A stretch of DNA of 25,260 nucleotides from a virus, in IMG/VR virus record IMGVR_UViG_3300023296_001674; one strand, 5' to 3'. Positions 1-8,362 of the stretch are shown here, piece by piece. Each line of letters begins with the position of its first letter. The stretch's first letter is position 1. A program made the position numbers and the translations under genes. Under the pieces are notes generated by a model that saw only the letters and a list, made by a program, of their open reading frames with translations, was not told the origin of the DNA and made no database searches.

Positions 1-186
1 ACAATAACCGAACAAAAAAATATAGAACGTAATTATTGGCGCATTTTTAGCGAATTGGAAGAAGCAAACAAAAAAATAAAAACATTAGAAGCAGAAAATA
101 AAAAATTAAAAGAGAGTGCTAAAAAAGTGCCAAAGAAAAATATATTAACATCAACAAGTGCTGATATATTTTCATCTGATGACTAA
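1..186 (+). CDS. 3' end of a CDS truncated by the window edge (K/E-rich, coiled-coil-like C-terminus), stop TAA at 184-186
   Basis: Open frame 1 from position 1 to TAA; composition ...LEEANKKIKTLEAENKKLKESAKK... Confidence 0.4.
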   Translation, partial: TITEQKNIERNYWRIFSELEEANKKIKTLEAENKKLKESAKKVPKKNILTSTSADIFSSDD

Positions 187-453
187 CAAAGTTTAGTTTA
201 ACGGCGGCGAGTGTTTTTACACTTGTATTTCAAAGATGGTCTCCTGATTGTCGTTAAACTAATAGGGGCGATGATTGTGGCAAAACAGTTCATCGTCCCT
301 TCTACATTACCTGCGGATGGAATAATATTCTTTATCGCTCGCCCACCATCCTTTCTTCGGAATGCACTGATGAGTAAGGGATTAAAAATAACAAACCTAT
401 TGTACGGTGGTTCTAGAACATCTAATCGGCGATAGACAAATGGTTTTTATAAA

Positions 454-492
454 GGCGAGACTACACAAGAGGTAGTCTCGCCTATTTCATTT
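454..492 (+). terminator. Rho-independent terminator: 11-bp perfect stem GGCGAGACTAC / GTAGTCTCGCC followed by a T-rich tract
   Basis: Inverted repeat read directly, then tatttcattt. Confidence 0.6.
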
Positions 493-497
493 AGCCC

Positions 498-525
498 TTG
501 ACATATTATATTAATCGTATATAAT
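498..525 (+). promoter_or_regulatory. sigma70-like promoter TTGACA-N16-TATAAT
   Basis: TTGACA at 498-503, TATAAT at 520-525, upstream of the RBS and ATG at 554. Confidence 0.55.
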
Positions 526-553
526 AATAAAAATTGCACGAAAGGATTTAATA

Positions 554-979
554 ATGACATATAGAAATATTAATGTGAATGGCACTGATTACAAATATGT
601 GATCGGTAAGACTTATATTAAAGTTGTCGGCATTGGATCGATATTAAAATATCGTGTGGGCACACCGGCTGGTATAACATATAAAACATATCTTGAGTGG
701 ATGAAATTGTCCGATTCAGAGTTACAAGAAAAAACTAAAGGTCATAGAGTTCAAACTGGACCCGGTGATGTTAAAAAGTTTATATTAAATCCAGACGGCA
801 ACATTCCTTTATTGGAACCGTTTCGCTGCAATGGATATAGATATATCCATGAAGAGTCGGGACGAGTTCAGGATGATGTAAGATTAAGATCCGACCCATT
901 TGATGGTGAAATCTATCGCAAACTTAATTTTTCATTTTATTGCCAAGAATGCCACGATGAACGCGCAATGGATATTTAA
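554..979 (+). CDS. hypothetical protein (141 aa)
   Basis: ORF with SD aaagga upstream of ATG. Confidence 0.6.
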   Translation: MTYRNINVNGTDYKYVIGKTYIKVVGIGSILKYRVGTPAGITYKTYLEWMKLSDSELQEKTKGHRVQTGPGDVKKFILNPDGNIPLLEPFRCNGYRYIHEESGRVQDDVRLRSDPFDGEIYRKLNFSFYCQECHDERAMDI

Positions 980-991
980 AGGAGTTAAATT

Positions 992-1294
992 ATGAATAAA
1001 AATAAAGCAGTGCGAAATCTTCAGTTGATGATTGATATCAGAGAAGGCAAGCCACCGGTTAGAACTACGGAGAAATCTGCGTTCAACAAAGGCATTGAAG
1101 TAAATCAACCAAAGCACGATGTTTCACGATATCAATATTTTTCTTCGTATACAGGAAGAATGTTATCGCAGCATGAAATGGGCATGATTCGGAGATTTCA
1201 ACAAGCAGAAAATCTTATGTTTGATGGATCGCATACGCAGATTTTTGCAAATGCAATTCGTGGGCATCAAGTTGAAGCAGTTAATAGGGGATAA
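992..1294 (+). CDS. hypothetical protein (100 aa)
   Basis: Strong SD aaaggag 8 nt upstream of ATG. Confidence 0.6.
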   Translation: MNKNKAVRNLQLMIDIREGKPPVRTTEKSAFNKGIEVNQPKHDVSRYQYFSSYTGRMLSQHEMGMIRRFQQAENLMFDGSHTQIFANAIRGHQVEAVNRG

Positions 1295-1302
1295 TTATTA
1301 TA

Positions 1303-1584
1303 ATGCATATTGATAAAATACTTAATCTGCCAATGCAAGAAAATGATGCTGAAGCGAAAACAATACGGGATTATTTGAAAGAGTTGCTTAAAGAACTTTG
1401 GGTGGAGGGTGAAGGATTTTCGGGTAAACGTCCTTTCGGAAATAGCGGCTGGCATCACGAACTCTATACTACATTAATTATACATAAAGTGATTGATGGA
1501 ACGTTGGACGAAGATGGATATATAGATCATTGTGATGATGCACAAGGAGATACCATTATAATTGCTGTGATAAATGCTTTATAA
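1303..1584 (+). CDS. hypothetical protein (93 aa)
   Basis: SD agggga upstream; tightly packed operon-like arrangement. Confidence 0.6.
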   Translation: MHIDKILNLPMQENDAEAKTIRDYLKELLKELWVEGEGFSGKRPFGNSGWHHELYTTLIIHKVIDGTLDEDGYIDHCDDAQGDTIIIAVINAL

Positions 1585-1601
1585 TTATTTAAAAATGAGG
1601 A

Positions 1602-1880
1602 ATGTTTTATATGTTGTATGAAAAGTTATCAGATCATGAAACACTTGATTTAAACAGTGTTGTTTATATTCATTATAGACAGGGTGTGATTTTTAAAAAA
1701 CCGCCATTTTGGGTTAGATGGATTCCAATGGTAATGATCGGCGAAGATATACCTGCTCGAATTCAAATATTACTTGACAATAAGGAACGGTTGATGTATT
1801 ATTATGAAACTAACGAAGAAGCAAATACAGCTTATAATGATGTAGTTGCTAATTGGAAAAAGATCGCGGGACCGTTGTAG
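1602..1880 (+). CDS. hypothetical protein (92 aa), TAG stop
   Basis: SD gagga upstream of ATG; ends in TAG, with 24 further in-frame sense codons before the next TAA. Confidence 0.55.
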   Translation: MFYMLYEKLSDHETLDLNSVVYIHYRQGVIFKKPPFWVRWIPMVMIGEDIPARIQILLDNKERLMYYYETNEEANTAYNDVVANWKKIAGPL

Positions 1881-1975
1881 ACCTTGTATTATGGTTTTGT
1901 ATTTCATACCCCGCAAAAAGACCATGTAATTGCGGATACTGAACATGGTAATTTTTTTTAATAAAAGGCGACAAT

Positions 1976-2398
1976 ATGGTTAATACTAAAACACTTAATA
2001 AAATAGCCACCGACATAGAAAAAAATAAAAAACGTAAAGAACGACGTCGCGAGTTATATGCTTTAAAAAAAGAAGAAATAAGAAAAGAAGCAGTGATACA
2101 AAAAGGTGTTAAAAAGGCATTAAGACGATTGGGACCACGTTGCGAAGAATCCGCAAAAAACGGCGAAAAATATCTTCCGTTGATTACAACAAGATCAACA
2201 AGCGGAAATGACTCTATTGATTTTTGGCATCCAAGTGAACGCGACGAGCCAGAATGTTTTCATGAAATTGCTTCTAGGATAGAAGAACATTTAGAAAAGA
2301 AAAATATTGATCATGACTGGCGGCATTGGGATGATAGTGGAGTGGCAACTTGGAGCAATTATGCGCTTTGTGTTGTATGGGATGGTATAAATAAATAA
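1976..2398 (+). CDS. hypothetical protein (140 aa) with a basic N-terminus
   Basis: SD aaagg upstream; KKRKERRRE basic tract. Confidence 0.55.
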   Translation: MVNTKTLNKIATDIEKNKKRKERRRELYALKKEEIRKEAVIQKGVKKALRRLGPRCEESAKNGEKYLPLITTRSTSGNDSIDFWHPSERDEPECFHEIASRIEEHLEKKNIDHDWRHWDDSGVATWSNYALCVVWDGINK

Positions 2399-2492
2399 GA
2401 TGTTTGGCACCGGTTGTAAGTCACCTGACGACATAGGGCGGATCGGCTAAGAGAGTGCATGTAGGACTACCAAATATTTTCAAGGAGTTAAT

Positions 2493-2684
2493 ATGAACGA
2501 TAAAGATGAAATGCTACAAATTATTGGCGAACTTAAAAATGGTGCGATGGATATTCTTAAAAAAATACAAAATCATGAATTATCAGAAGACGAGTTGTTA
2601 TACTATATGAATATAGCAGATGATGCAAACAGCATACTTGCTGGAACAATTAAAAAAATAGATGAAGCGCAAAAAACTACTTGA
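2493..2684 (+). CDS. hypothetical small protein (63 aa)
   Basis: Strong SD aaggag upstream of ATG. Confidence 0.55.
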   Translation: MNDKDEMLQIIGELKNGAMDILKKIQNHELSEDELLYYMNIADDANSILAGTIKKIDEAQKTT

Positions 2685-2709
2685 CAATCTAAAAAGGGTG
2701 TTGTATAAT
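2681..2709 (+). promoter_or_regulatory. sigma70-like promoter TTGACA-N17-TATAAT
   Basis: TTGACA 2681-2686, TATAAT 2704-2709. Confidence 0.6.
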
Positions 2710-2881
2710 GCCTAAAGTTAAAAAATGATAAATACTTTTACGGTGAACATCTTCGCCATGGTGAAATACCCAAAACCCAATTAAGTGGATGTGAAAAAAC
2801 ATAGAACAAAACGCCATGGTGGCGTATTATTTGAATCGGCTTTAAAAACTTTTTAAGCCTAACGAGAAAAGGAACCGAGAT

Positions 2882-3043
2882 ATGACTTCTACTTTTAAAC
2901 ATAAACATATAGATACAGGGACCATTTGTAATGGTAACGGTATTGTTGTGTTTATGCGCAATGTAGTGAGAAATACAAATGATACAAAACGAGGTTGGGA
3001 TTTTACCAACTTTATCAAAGGCAAAGGAGTTAACGGGCATTAA
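2882..3043 (+). CDS. small hypothetical protein (53 aa), absent from the ORF track (under 60 aa)
   Basis: SD aaagga 9 nt upstream of ATG at 2882; sits between promoter 2681 and terminator 3073; the overlapping minus-strand ORFs have no signals. Confidence 0.4.
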   Translation: MTSTFKHKHIDTGTICNGNGIVVFMRNVVRNTNDTKRGWDFTNFIKGKGVNGH

Positions 3044-3072
3044 AACCTAAAATTCCAGTTCAAACAGAACTA

Positions 3073-3107
3073 AAAGCCTTTGATAGAAATATCAAAGGCT
3101 TTTTTTA
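3073..3107 (+). terminator. Rho-independent terminator: stem AAAGCCTTTGATA / TATCAAAGGCTTT followed by T7
   Basis: Long inverted repeat followed by ttttttt. Confidence 0.65.
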
Positions 3108-3394
3108 TTGAGCAAACGAGATCGAATACAGTGTTAACGCGGAACGAGACTGCTAGGAACACTTAAAATATACCTAATATGGGCGCGTTGTGGATGGATT
3201 TCCTTTTGTGGAATGATAAAAGCAATGGTAGGAAGCAAAGCGACCTACTAGGGAAAGCGTTATATGCTTTCCTGATAAGTTATTTTGTATGGAAGTGCCA
3301 TTAAAGCAGAACAATTGGTTTGGCGACCAAGCACCTTCGGGGCATAAAATCTGCTACTACTATACTATTTTAATCATAACTAAGTGTCACAAAA

Positions 3395-3464
3395 TATTGT
3401 ATGGTGTAGTGGTAACACGCTGCCTTTATCGGCGGAGCCGTGGGTTCGAGTCCTACTATGATAT
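3395..3464 (+). tRNA. tRNA-like gene: 7/7 acceptor stem (two G-U), D-arm gtgt/acac, GGTTCGAGTCC T-arm, but only a 6-nt anticodon loop and no encoded CCA
   Basis: Manual cloverleaf; acceptor tattgta pairs with tatgata. Confidence 0.35.
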
Positions 3465-3822
3465 TTGGATTACGTTCAGTGTGCACACCGAACGCCACAA
3501 ATTATCTGTTATTATCGCGATAGTGATAGATAATGTTGGGTCACTTAGTTATGATTAAAGTTTTTAGGGTGTTCGTCTAGTGGATTAGGACGCGCCGCCT
3601 TGGGTAGTTGGAGTTCGATTCTCCTTAGCAACGGTTACGTAAATCCGCACGGTGAGACATTGGTTCGAATCCAATACATGTTAAAATAACGATTTCACAT
3701 GAGATGTATAGTTTTAATGGATAAATCAGGCATGAGCCTTGTGCGGCAAGATAGTGGGTTCGATTCCCCTTGCGTTGAATGTGAAATGATGCTATATTGG
3801 TTTTTTAATATAGGAGATAATA

Positions 3823-4377
3823 ATGGAACTAGAAACATATCTTAAAGATTATGGCTTAACTGATGATATTATACGTTATGCTATATTCACTGGTACATTA
3901 ACCAAATATAGTATTTCAGATTGGCGTGTTATATGTTATATAATCGACGATCCTGATTTAGATCGTGAAACAAAAGTAGCCATGATTGAAAAAGCATTTA
4001 AAGATGATAAATGGCGTGCCAAAGAATTATTTGTTTTTATTGAAACATTAAATCAATTTGTAAAAGCAGATGATATTCTTTCAGGGGCACACGAAAAAGA
4101 TTCATGGGGAAAAGGTACACCATCTGAGCAATTTGCCATATCAGTGTCGCTCTGTGAAGCACTTAAAAAAATGAAAACCGAAAATAAATTAAACAGCGAT
4201 GAACAAATTGATGTTTTTGACCGATTTGTTGTATACATTATGGATATGTTTTCACCCGAAATGGTTGTGTTGACATTCAGACATGCTATCAAACAATATG
4301 GTATAAAATTCGATATACATAAACATTCCGAATTTAAAAAAGCAATGAAAGCATATAATCGTATAATATTAGCATGA
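3823..4377 (+). CDS. hypothetical protein (184 aa)
   Basis: SD taggag upstream of ATG. Confidence 0.6.
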   Translation: MELETYLKDYGLTDDIIRYAIFTGTLTKYSISDWRVICYIIDDPDLDRETKVAMIEKAFKDDKWRAKELFVFIETLNQFVKADDILSGAHEKDSWGKGTPSEQFAISVSLCEALKKMKTENKLNSDEQIDVFDRFVVYIMDMFSPEMVVLTFRHAIKQYGIKFDIHKHSEFKKAMKAYNRIILA

Positions 4378-4679
4378 AAGCATATAAATTATTCAAAAAA
4401 CGAAAAGATGGTTCAATTGGACCACTTTTCATTAATGCCAAAATGCGTATACCATTAAATGTGTGGCTGGATGCTGAAGATCATCCAACCAAAGGTTATG
4501 CACATAGACCAGGATGGCATGCTGGCGCTGAACCAAATGCACCACACCTAAGTGAAAAAGGACGCGTTTGGTATGAAGTAGAAATAAAAGACTTTGTGAC
4601 ATTTAAACGACCCATCAATCAAGGTGGTGAATGGTTGATTGCACAAAAAATCAAAGTGATAGGTGAATATCACAAATAA
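4374..4679 (+). CDS. hypothetical protein (101 aa), ATGA start/stop overlap with the upstream gene
   Basis: Translational coupling overlap. Confidence 0.55.
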   Translation: MKAYKLFKKRKDGSIGPLFINAKMRIPLNVWLDAEDHPTKGYAHRPGWHAGAEPNAPHLSEKGRVWYEVEIKDFVTFKRPINQGGEWLIAQKIKVIGEYHK

Positions 4680-4682
4680 TAT

Positions 4683-4757
4683 GGACCGGTAACTCAGAGG
4701 CAGAGTGTTCGCCTTTTAAGCGAAACGTCGGGATTTCGAAATTCCCCCGGTCTACCA
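4683..4757 (+). tRNA. tRNA, anticodon UUU (Lys), CCA encoded
   Basis: Acceptor ggaccgg/ccggtct, anticodon stem ttcgc/gcgaa, loop cttttaa, T-arm TTCGAAA. Confidence 0.75.
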
Positions 4758-4766
4758 ATCACTTAT

Positions 4767-4841
4767 GCACGATAGATAACTGGGGTTACGACGGCTTTTA
4801 CATGGCTGTTGTGGTGGGTTCGATTCCCACATCGTGTACCA
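4767..4841 (+). tRNA. tRNA, anticodon probably UAC (Val), weak D-stem
   Basis: Acceptor gcacgat/atcgtgt, T-arm gtgggTTCGATTcccac, loop tttacat. Confidence 0.6.
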
Positions 4842-4852
4842 ATACAATATAT

Positions 4853-4927
4853 GGACCGGTAGCTCAGAGGCAGAGCGTTCGCCTCTTAAGCGAAATGTCG
4901 AGATTTCGAAATTCTCCCGGTCTACCA
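4853..4927 (+). tRNA. tRNA, anticodon CUU (Lys)
   Basis: Close paralog of the 4683 gene with loop ctcttaa. Confidence 0.75.
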
Positions 4928-4936
4928 ATACCTTAT

Positions 4937-5011
4937 GCTCGATAGATAACTGGGGTTACGACGGCTTTAACATAGCTGTTGTGGTGGGTTCGATTCCCAC
5001 ATCGAGTACCA
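4937..5011 (+). tRNA. tRNA paralogous to the 4767 gene; loop ttaacat gives an apparent AAC anticodon (Val-like, A34)
   Basis: Acceptor gctcgat/atcgagt, perfect 5-bp anticodon stem cggct/agctg. Confidence 0.6.
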
Positions 5012-5094
5012 ATATTTTTGATACACATAATGGTTTAGTGTATTGATAAACCGGCTGTGGGTGAAGCGGTATAACAAATGTCTACCCCCAATAT

Positions 5095-5169
5095 GGTCGT
5101 GTAGCTCAAAGGCAGAGCATTCGCTTTACATGCGAAAGGTTGTGATATCGTAATTCACCACGACTACCA
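5095..5169 (+). tRNA. tRNA, anticodon UAC-like, non-canonical T-loop atcgtaa
   Basis: Acceptor ggtcgtg/cacgact, anticodon stem ttcgc/gcgaa, loop tttacat. Confidence 0.6.
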
Positions 5170-5224
5170 ATATTGCTTTTTAGTTGTATAGTATGCTATT
5201 ATTGTTTTTTATAGGAGATATATA

Positions 5225-5617
5225 ATGGAATATGCATGGAATGATAAAATAGTTGAAGCGAATTTTAATTTTGATTCTGCGTATGAACATACGGAATGGG
5301 GATGTGATGATGGATATACATCATTATCGGTGTTGATTAATCGATGCCAAAATATGATAAAACTAAGATACACAAATGTTAATCGCATCCCGCCAAAAGT
5401 GCCTATGCCGATAACGCCGTGGTCGTTTGTTCTTGATGACATAGATATAGTAGTATATATGACATTGCGGTGCTATGATATATTTCTTATGGACACAAAA
5501 ACGTTTGATTATAGGCAGCATTTTACTATTAAAATCGATGACGATATGGATGATAATATAATAATAGTGTCATCTGTTGATAATGTATATACAGAAGCAA
5601 TAAGAATTCTAAAATAA
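5225..5617 (+). CDS. hypothetical protein (130 aa)
   Basis: SD taggag upstream of ATG. Confidence 0.55.
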   Translation: MEYAWNDKIVEANFNFDSAYEHTEWGCDDGYTSLSVLINRCQNMIKLRYTNVNRIPPKVPMPITPWSFVLDDIDIVVYMTLRCYDIFLMDTKTFDYRQHFTIKIDDDMDDNIIIVSSVDNVYTEAIRILK

Positions 5618-5653
5618 TATCTAACGCAGTGCTAATCACATAAGCCGTTATTT

Positions 5654-5728
5654 GCAGGGGTAGCTCAGTGGTAGAGCGGTTGGTTGAAGCCCAGCGCGTG
5701 AGGAGTTCGATTCTCTTTCCCTGCACCA
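5654..5728 (+). tRNA. tRNA-Phe, anticodon GAA
   Basis: Canonical: gcagggg TA GCTCAGTGGTAGAGC ... loop ttgaagc ... GAGTTCGATTCTC ... CCA. Confidence 0.85.
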
Positions 5729-5740
5729 ATACAATAATAT

Positions 5741-5816
5741 GGAACCCAGGTATATCTGGTGAGTACGCGTGGTTGAAGTTCACGAGGACGCAGTTCGATC
5801 CTGCGGGGTTCCACCA
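5741..5816 (+). tRNA. tRNA, anticodon GAA (second, diverged Phe-like copy)
   Basis: Acceptor ggaaccc/gggttcc, anticodon stem cgtgg/tcacg, loop ttgaagt, T-arm cgcagTTCGATCctgcg. Confidence 0.75.
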
Positions 5817-5831
5817 ATCAAAGACCATTAT

Positions 5832-5906
5832 GGACCGTAGGTGTAATGGCTGCATCCGAGCCTTTTAAGCTCAGGGGACAGAGTTCGATTCTCTGATGGT
5901 CTACCA
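5832..5906 (+). tRNA. tRNA, anticodon UUU (second Lys-like copy)
   Basis: Acceptor ggaccgt/atggtct, loop cttttaa, T-arm cagagTTCGATTctctg. Confidence 0.65.
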
Positions 5907-5915
5907 ATAATCAAT

Positions 5916-5991
5916 GCCGTATTAGTGACACTGGCTAACACGCCTGTTTTGTAATCAGGAAAATGGGGATCGATACCTCAATATGGCACCA
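5916..5991 (+). tRNA. tRNA, anticodon UGU-like (Thr), non-canonical T-loop atcgata
   Basis: Acceptor gccgtat/atatggc 7/7, loop tttgtaa. Confidence 0.6.
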
Positions 5992-6008
5992 ATAAATAAT
6001 ACTATAGA

Positions 6009-6083
6009 GCCTCTGTAGTTAATCTGGTATAACGGTAGATTTGTAATCTTCAATGCGCGGTTCGAGTCCGTGTGGAGGCACCA
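6009..6083 (+). tRNA. tRNA, anticodon UGU-like (second Thr-like copy)
   Basis: Acceptor gcctctg/tggaggc, D-stem gtta/taac, T-arm cgcggTTCGAGTccgtg. Confidence 0.7.
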
Positions 6084-6089
6084 ATAAAA

Positions 6090-6854
6090 TTAATCATTGT
6101 GTAGTTGCGTTTTTTCATATTCATCGACATCAAGTTTTAATTGTTTATATGTGATAGATGATGTATTACGTTTTTTTACATTATCTTTCTGAAGCATTAT
6201 TTCACAATTTAATGGATGTGTAATATAATATGGATCATACTTGTTAACAATTGATTCATTTATAGATATTTTATGATCCCTCGCTACACCGTTTGAATTT
6301 TTCTTTGGGACATACCAACCATGTTTTTTTATTAAATCTAAATTGAGTAGATTGGGATAATCATTGACATCAAATTTGAAATAATATGGACGTTTCGTAG
6401 TTTGAAGTTCTTTTGCTGTTCTACCATATTGTTCAACGCAGCATTGACATTTTGATATATACCGATCTTTGGCGGTGAAAAGTGTAATACAGGTGGAGCA
6501 AGTTCTAAACCATACCATGGAATATTCACCATCGATATATTTTTTTAGTTTATCCCATCTTTTTGGATAATGACCAATATCTTTTATGATTTTGATATGA
6601 CTTTTACTCATTCGTTCTTTAGTTTCATTGCTATGTTTGCGACGGCTATTATTATATTTGGCGGCACAAGATTGATTACAATATTTCTTTTTTATAAGTG
6701 CTTCATCGTATGACCATGATTTGCCGCATTGGTTGCATGTTTTTGGATTTTTATTATATTCGGCAATGCGATGGTTTTTTTGATTTATTTGCGTTTTTCG
6801 TGAAGCTATAAATCCTAATTTACCAGCTTCAGATTTGGACAATTTACATGTCAT
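6090..6854 (-). CDS. HNH-family homing endonuclease (254 aa), one of four paralogs; N-terminal CxxC / C-N-Q-SCAAKYNNSRRK zinc-binding-like motif, C-terminal RDHxxS...HPxNC core
   Basis: SD aagga upstream of the ATG at 6854; conserved C-terminal block shared with ORFs 8344, 11473 and 14042. Confidence 0.75.
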   Translation of the reverse strand: MTCKLSKSEAGKLGFIASRKTQINQKNHRIAEYNKNPKTCNQCGKSWSYDEALIKKKYCNQSCAAKYNNSRRKHSNETKERMSKSHIKIIKDIGHYPKRWDKLKKYIDGEYSMVWFRTCSTCITLFTAKDRYISKCQCCVEQYGRTAKELQTTKRPYYFKFDVNDYPNLLNLDLIKKHGWYVPKKNSNGVARDHKISINESIVNKYDPYYITHPLNCEIMLQKDNVKKRNTSSITYKQLKLDVDEYEKTQLHND

Positions 6855-6967
6855 GGCATATTTTTCCTTGTTATAAATAACTATGGCGGTAGATCAATCC
6901 TTGTGTCTTTAGTGATAAGTGCTTCAACACTTGTCACGCCGCTACTACTATTTATAACTTATACTAA

Positions 6968-7061
6968 GTCGGATTTCCCTAACTGGTGTGGGTAGAATCC
7001 ATAATATGCACTGGGTGATCCTTATGTGCTGCACGTGGTTCGATTCCACGATCCGGCTCCA
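6968..7061 (+). tRNA. tRNA-like gene, 94 nt: good acceptor and T-arm, unresolved internal extension
   Basis: Acceptor gtcggat/atccggc (one G-U), T-arm cgtggTTCGATTccacg, CCA encoded. Confidence 0.4.
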
Positions 7062-7307
7062 ATTAATTTTGTTCAATTAAATTCGAATCACTGATTGAAC
7101 AATTGCTCATCCGGCGGGTTACATGAGCCACGCCATAACGGATTGAAATGAGCCATGCCGTTGGGTATGGATATCAGGAGTTTCGGTGATGAGCTACCAA
7201 TTAACTAAGGTGAACGGTAGTAACCTTTAATGTGCGGCAGTGGTGCAATTCCCTAACTGATTGAGTTCGACTCTCATTCGGGTCTAGATGACAAAACATT
7301 ATAATAT

Positions 7308-7391
7308 GGACGGTGATGTTAAGACTATGGCTGGGCCAGCGCAAGCCTCTTAAGCTTGTATAAAAGAGTTCGATTCTCTCACCGTCTTCCA
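7308..7391 (+). tRNA. tRNA, anticodon CUU (second Lys-like copy), 84 nt with about 9 extra nt in the D region
   Basis: Acceptor ggacggt/accgtct, anticodon stem caagc/gcttg, loop ctcttaa, T-arm TTCGATT. Confidence 0.5.
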
Positions 7392-7457
7392 ATTATGCAG
7401 GCCATAGATGTTCCCTTTGTCCATTATTGGGAACTGTGGATGAAAACAAAAACGAAA

Positions 7458-7527
7458 GCAGGGTTAATGGACTGTGTGTAAGTTTTGTGATTAAAAGGGA
7501 TGGTGCAAATCCAATTCCCCTGCGCCA
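7458..7527 (+). tRNA. degenerate tRNA-like gene (70 nt), weak T-arm
   Basis: Acceptor gcagggt/cccctgc 6/7 with encoded CCA; body related to the fragment at 9244. Confidence 0.3.
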
Positions 7528-7531
7528 AATT

Positions 7532-7604
7532 TGTTTGATCGTCTTTGGAATACAAGATACCGTTGTCGAAGGCGGAGACGTTGGTTCGAATCCAACTTGA
7601 ACAC
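7532..7604 (+). tRNA. tRNA without encoded CCA; ambiguous anticodon loop (canonical numbering gives GUC; only a 6- or 8-nt loop pairs well)
   Basis: Acceptor tgtttga/ttgaaca 7/7, T-arm gttggTTCGAATccaac. Confidence 0.5.
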
Positions 7605-7694
7605 TTATTGTTAGTAATGATTTTATGTACATAAATGATTTGCTAGGCGAAAGCCAATAGTTTGCTGGTTCTATTTCTTAAAAATCCTCTTATG

Positions 7695-7770
7695 GTAGGT
7701 GTAGTGTTAACGGTTAGCACGTCAGACTGTGACTCTGAAAGTGCCGGTTCAAATCCGGTCATTTACCCCA
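7695..7770 (+). tRNA. tRNA-His, anticodon GUG
   Basis: Anticodon stem tcaga/tctga, loop ctgtgac, T-arm gccggTTCAAATccggt. Confidence 0.8.
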
Positions 7771-7854
7771 AATTTAATGCTGCTTGAGTTCAGGGTTCCA
7801 AGTAGATATTGTGGCTAAACCTAGCCGGTTCTAGCGTGATAATAAATTTTTAAT

Positions 7855-7930
7855 GGCTACGTAGTAATCTGGGATTACGGTGCACTGTCGATGCACGTCG
7901 AGGAGGGTTCAATTCCCTTCGTAGCCGCCA
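7855..7930 (+). tRNA. tRNA-Asp, anticodon GUC
   Basis: Acceptor ggctacg/cgtagcc perfect, anticodon stem gtgca/tgcac, loop ctgtcga. Confidence 0.8.
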
Positions 7931-7932
7931 AT

Positions 7933-8004
7933 ACCCCAGCCGATGCATTCGGACTCGAGTTTTCGAAACTTGACGGGAAGGTTTGATTCCTTCTTGGGGT
8001 GCCA
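7933..8004 (+). tRNA. compact tRNA (72 nt) with a miniature D-arm, anticodon UCG-like (Arg)
   Basis: Acceptor accccag/ttggggt, T-arm gaaggTTTGATTccttc, loop tttcgaa. Confidence 0.5.
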
Positions 8005-8120
8005 ATTTAAAGAACGAGGGTGTAAACCGGTAGGAACTTACGTTGAACGGGATTTGCGGCAAAACCTACTTGCCAATTAACCTGTGATTTTAATAGTCGG
8101 TAGCACCCCGCAGAAATAAT

Positions 8121-8195
8121 GGTCTATTCGTATAGTGGCTAATACACCGGATTGTCGATCCGGGAACGAGAGTTCAATTCTCTCATAGACCGCCA
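8121..8195 (+). tRNA. tRNA-Asp, anticodon GUC (second copy)
   Basis: All four stems perfect: ggtctat/atagacc, gtat/atac, ccgga/tccgg, gagag/ctctc. Confidence 0.85.
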
Positions 8196-8200
8196 ATTAA

Positions 8201-8278
8201 GGCCCATCGGTCCAGCATGGAGTGGACATTTCCCTGTCACGGAAAAGATCACCGGTTCAAGTCCGGTATGGGTCGCCA
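8201..8278 (+). tRNA. tRNA, anticodon GUC-like (third copy), 10-nt D-loop
   Basis: Acceptor ggcccat/atgggtc, anticodon stem tttcc/ggaaa, loop ctgtcac. Confidence 0.7.
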
Positions 8279-8286
8279 AAATTCAA

Positions 8287-8362
8287 TTCAGATGACCAAG
8301 CAAGTGAACGGGACCGCCTGTTAAGCGGATATTGCAGGGAGCGTTACCCTGATCTGGAGCCA
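8287..8362 (+). tRNA. tRNA-Asn, anticodon GUU, non-canonical T-loop agcgtta
   Basis: Acceptor ttcagat/atctgga, loop ctgttaa, T-stem caggg/ccctg. Confidence 0.7.

Noticed and set aside
211-435. 74-aa ORF with a GTG start
   Set aside because: It has no Shine-Dalgarno site and a non-ATG start, and is followed directly by a terminator, so it may not be a gene; I could not support it confidently.
1878-1953. TAG read-through extension of ORF 1602-1880 (24 extra sense codons)
   Set aside because: An open frame of that length is plausible by chance in AT-rich DNA; it is noted only as context for the CUA tRNA.
2401-2470. Apparent tRNA 3' end ...gtaggactaccaaat
   Set aside because: No T-arm and no pairing 5' strand were found upstream; it is probably coincidental similarity to the local CCAAT end motif.
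3289-3558. 89-aa + strand ORF overlapping the first tRNA-like element
   Set aside because: It has no RBS and a coding-unlike composition, and it overlaps a GGTTCGAGTCC T-arm; it is probably a spurious frame.
7201-8062. Several 60-80-aa minus-strand ORFs (7201-7392, 7393-7632, 7850-8062)
   Set aside because: They are antisense to well-formed tRNA genes, lack RBS, and are typical frame artefacts in structured RNA regions.
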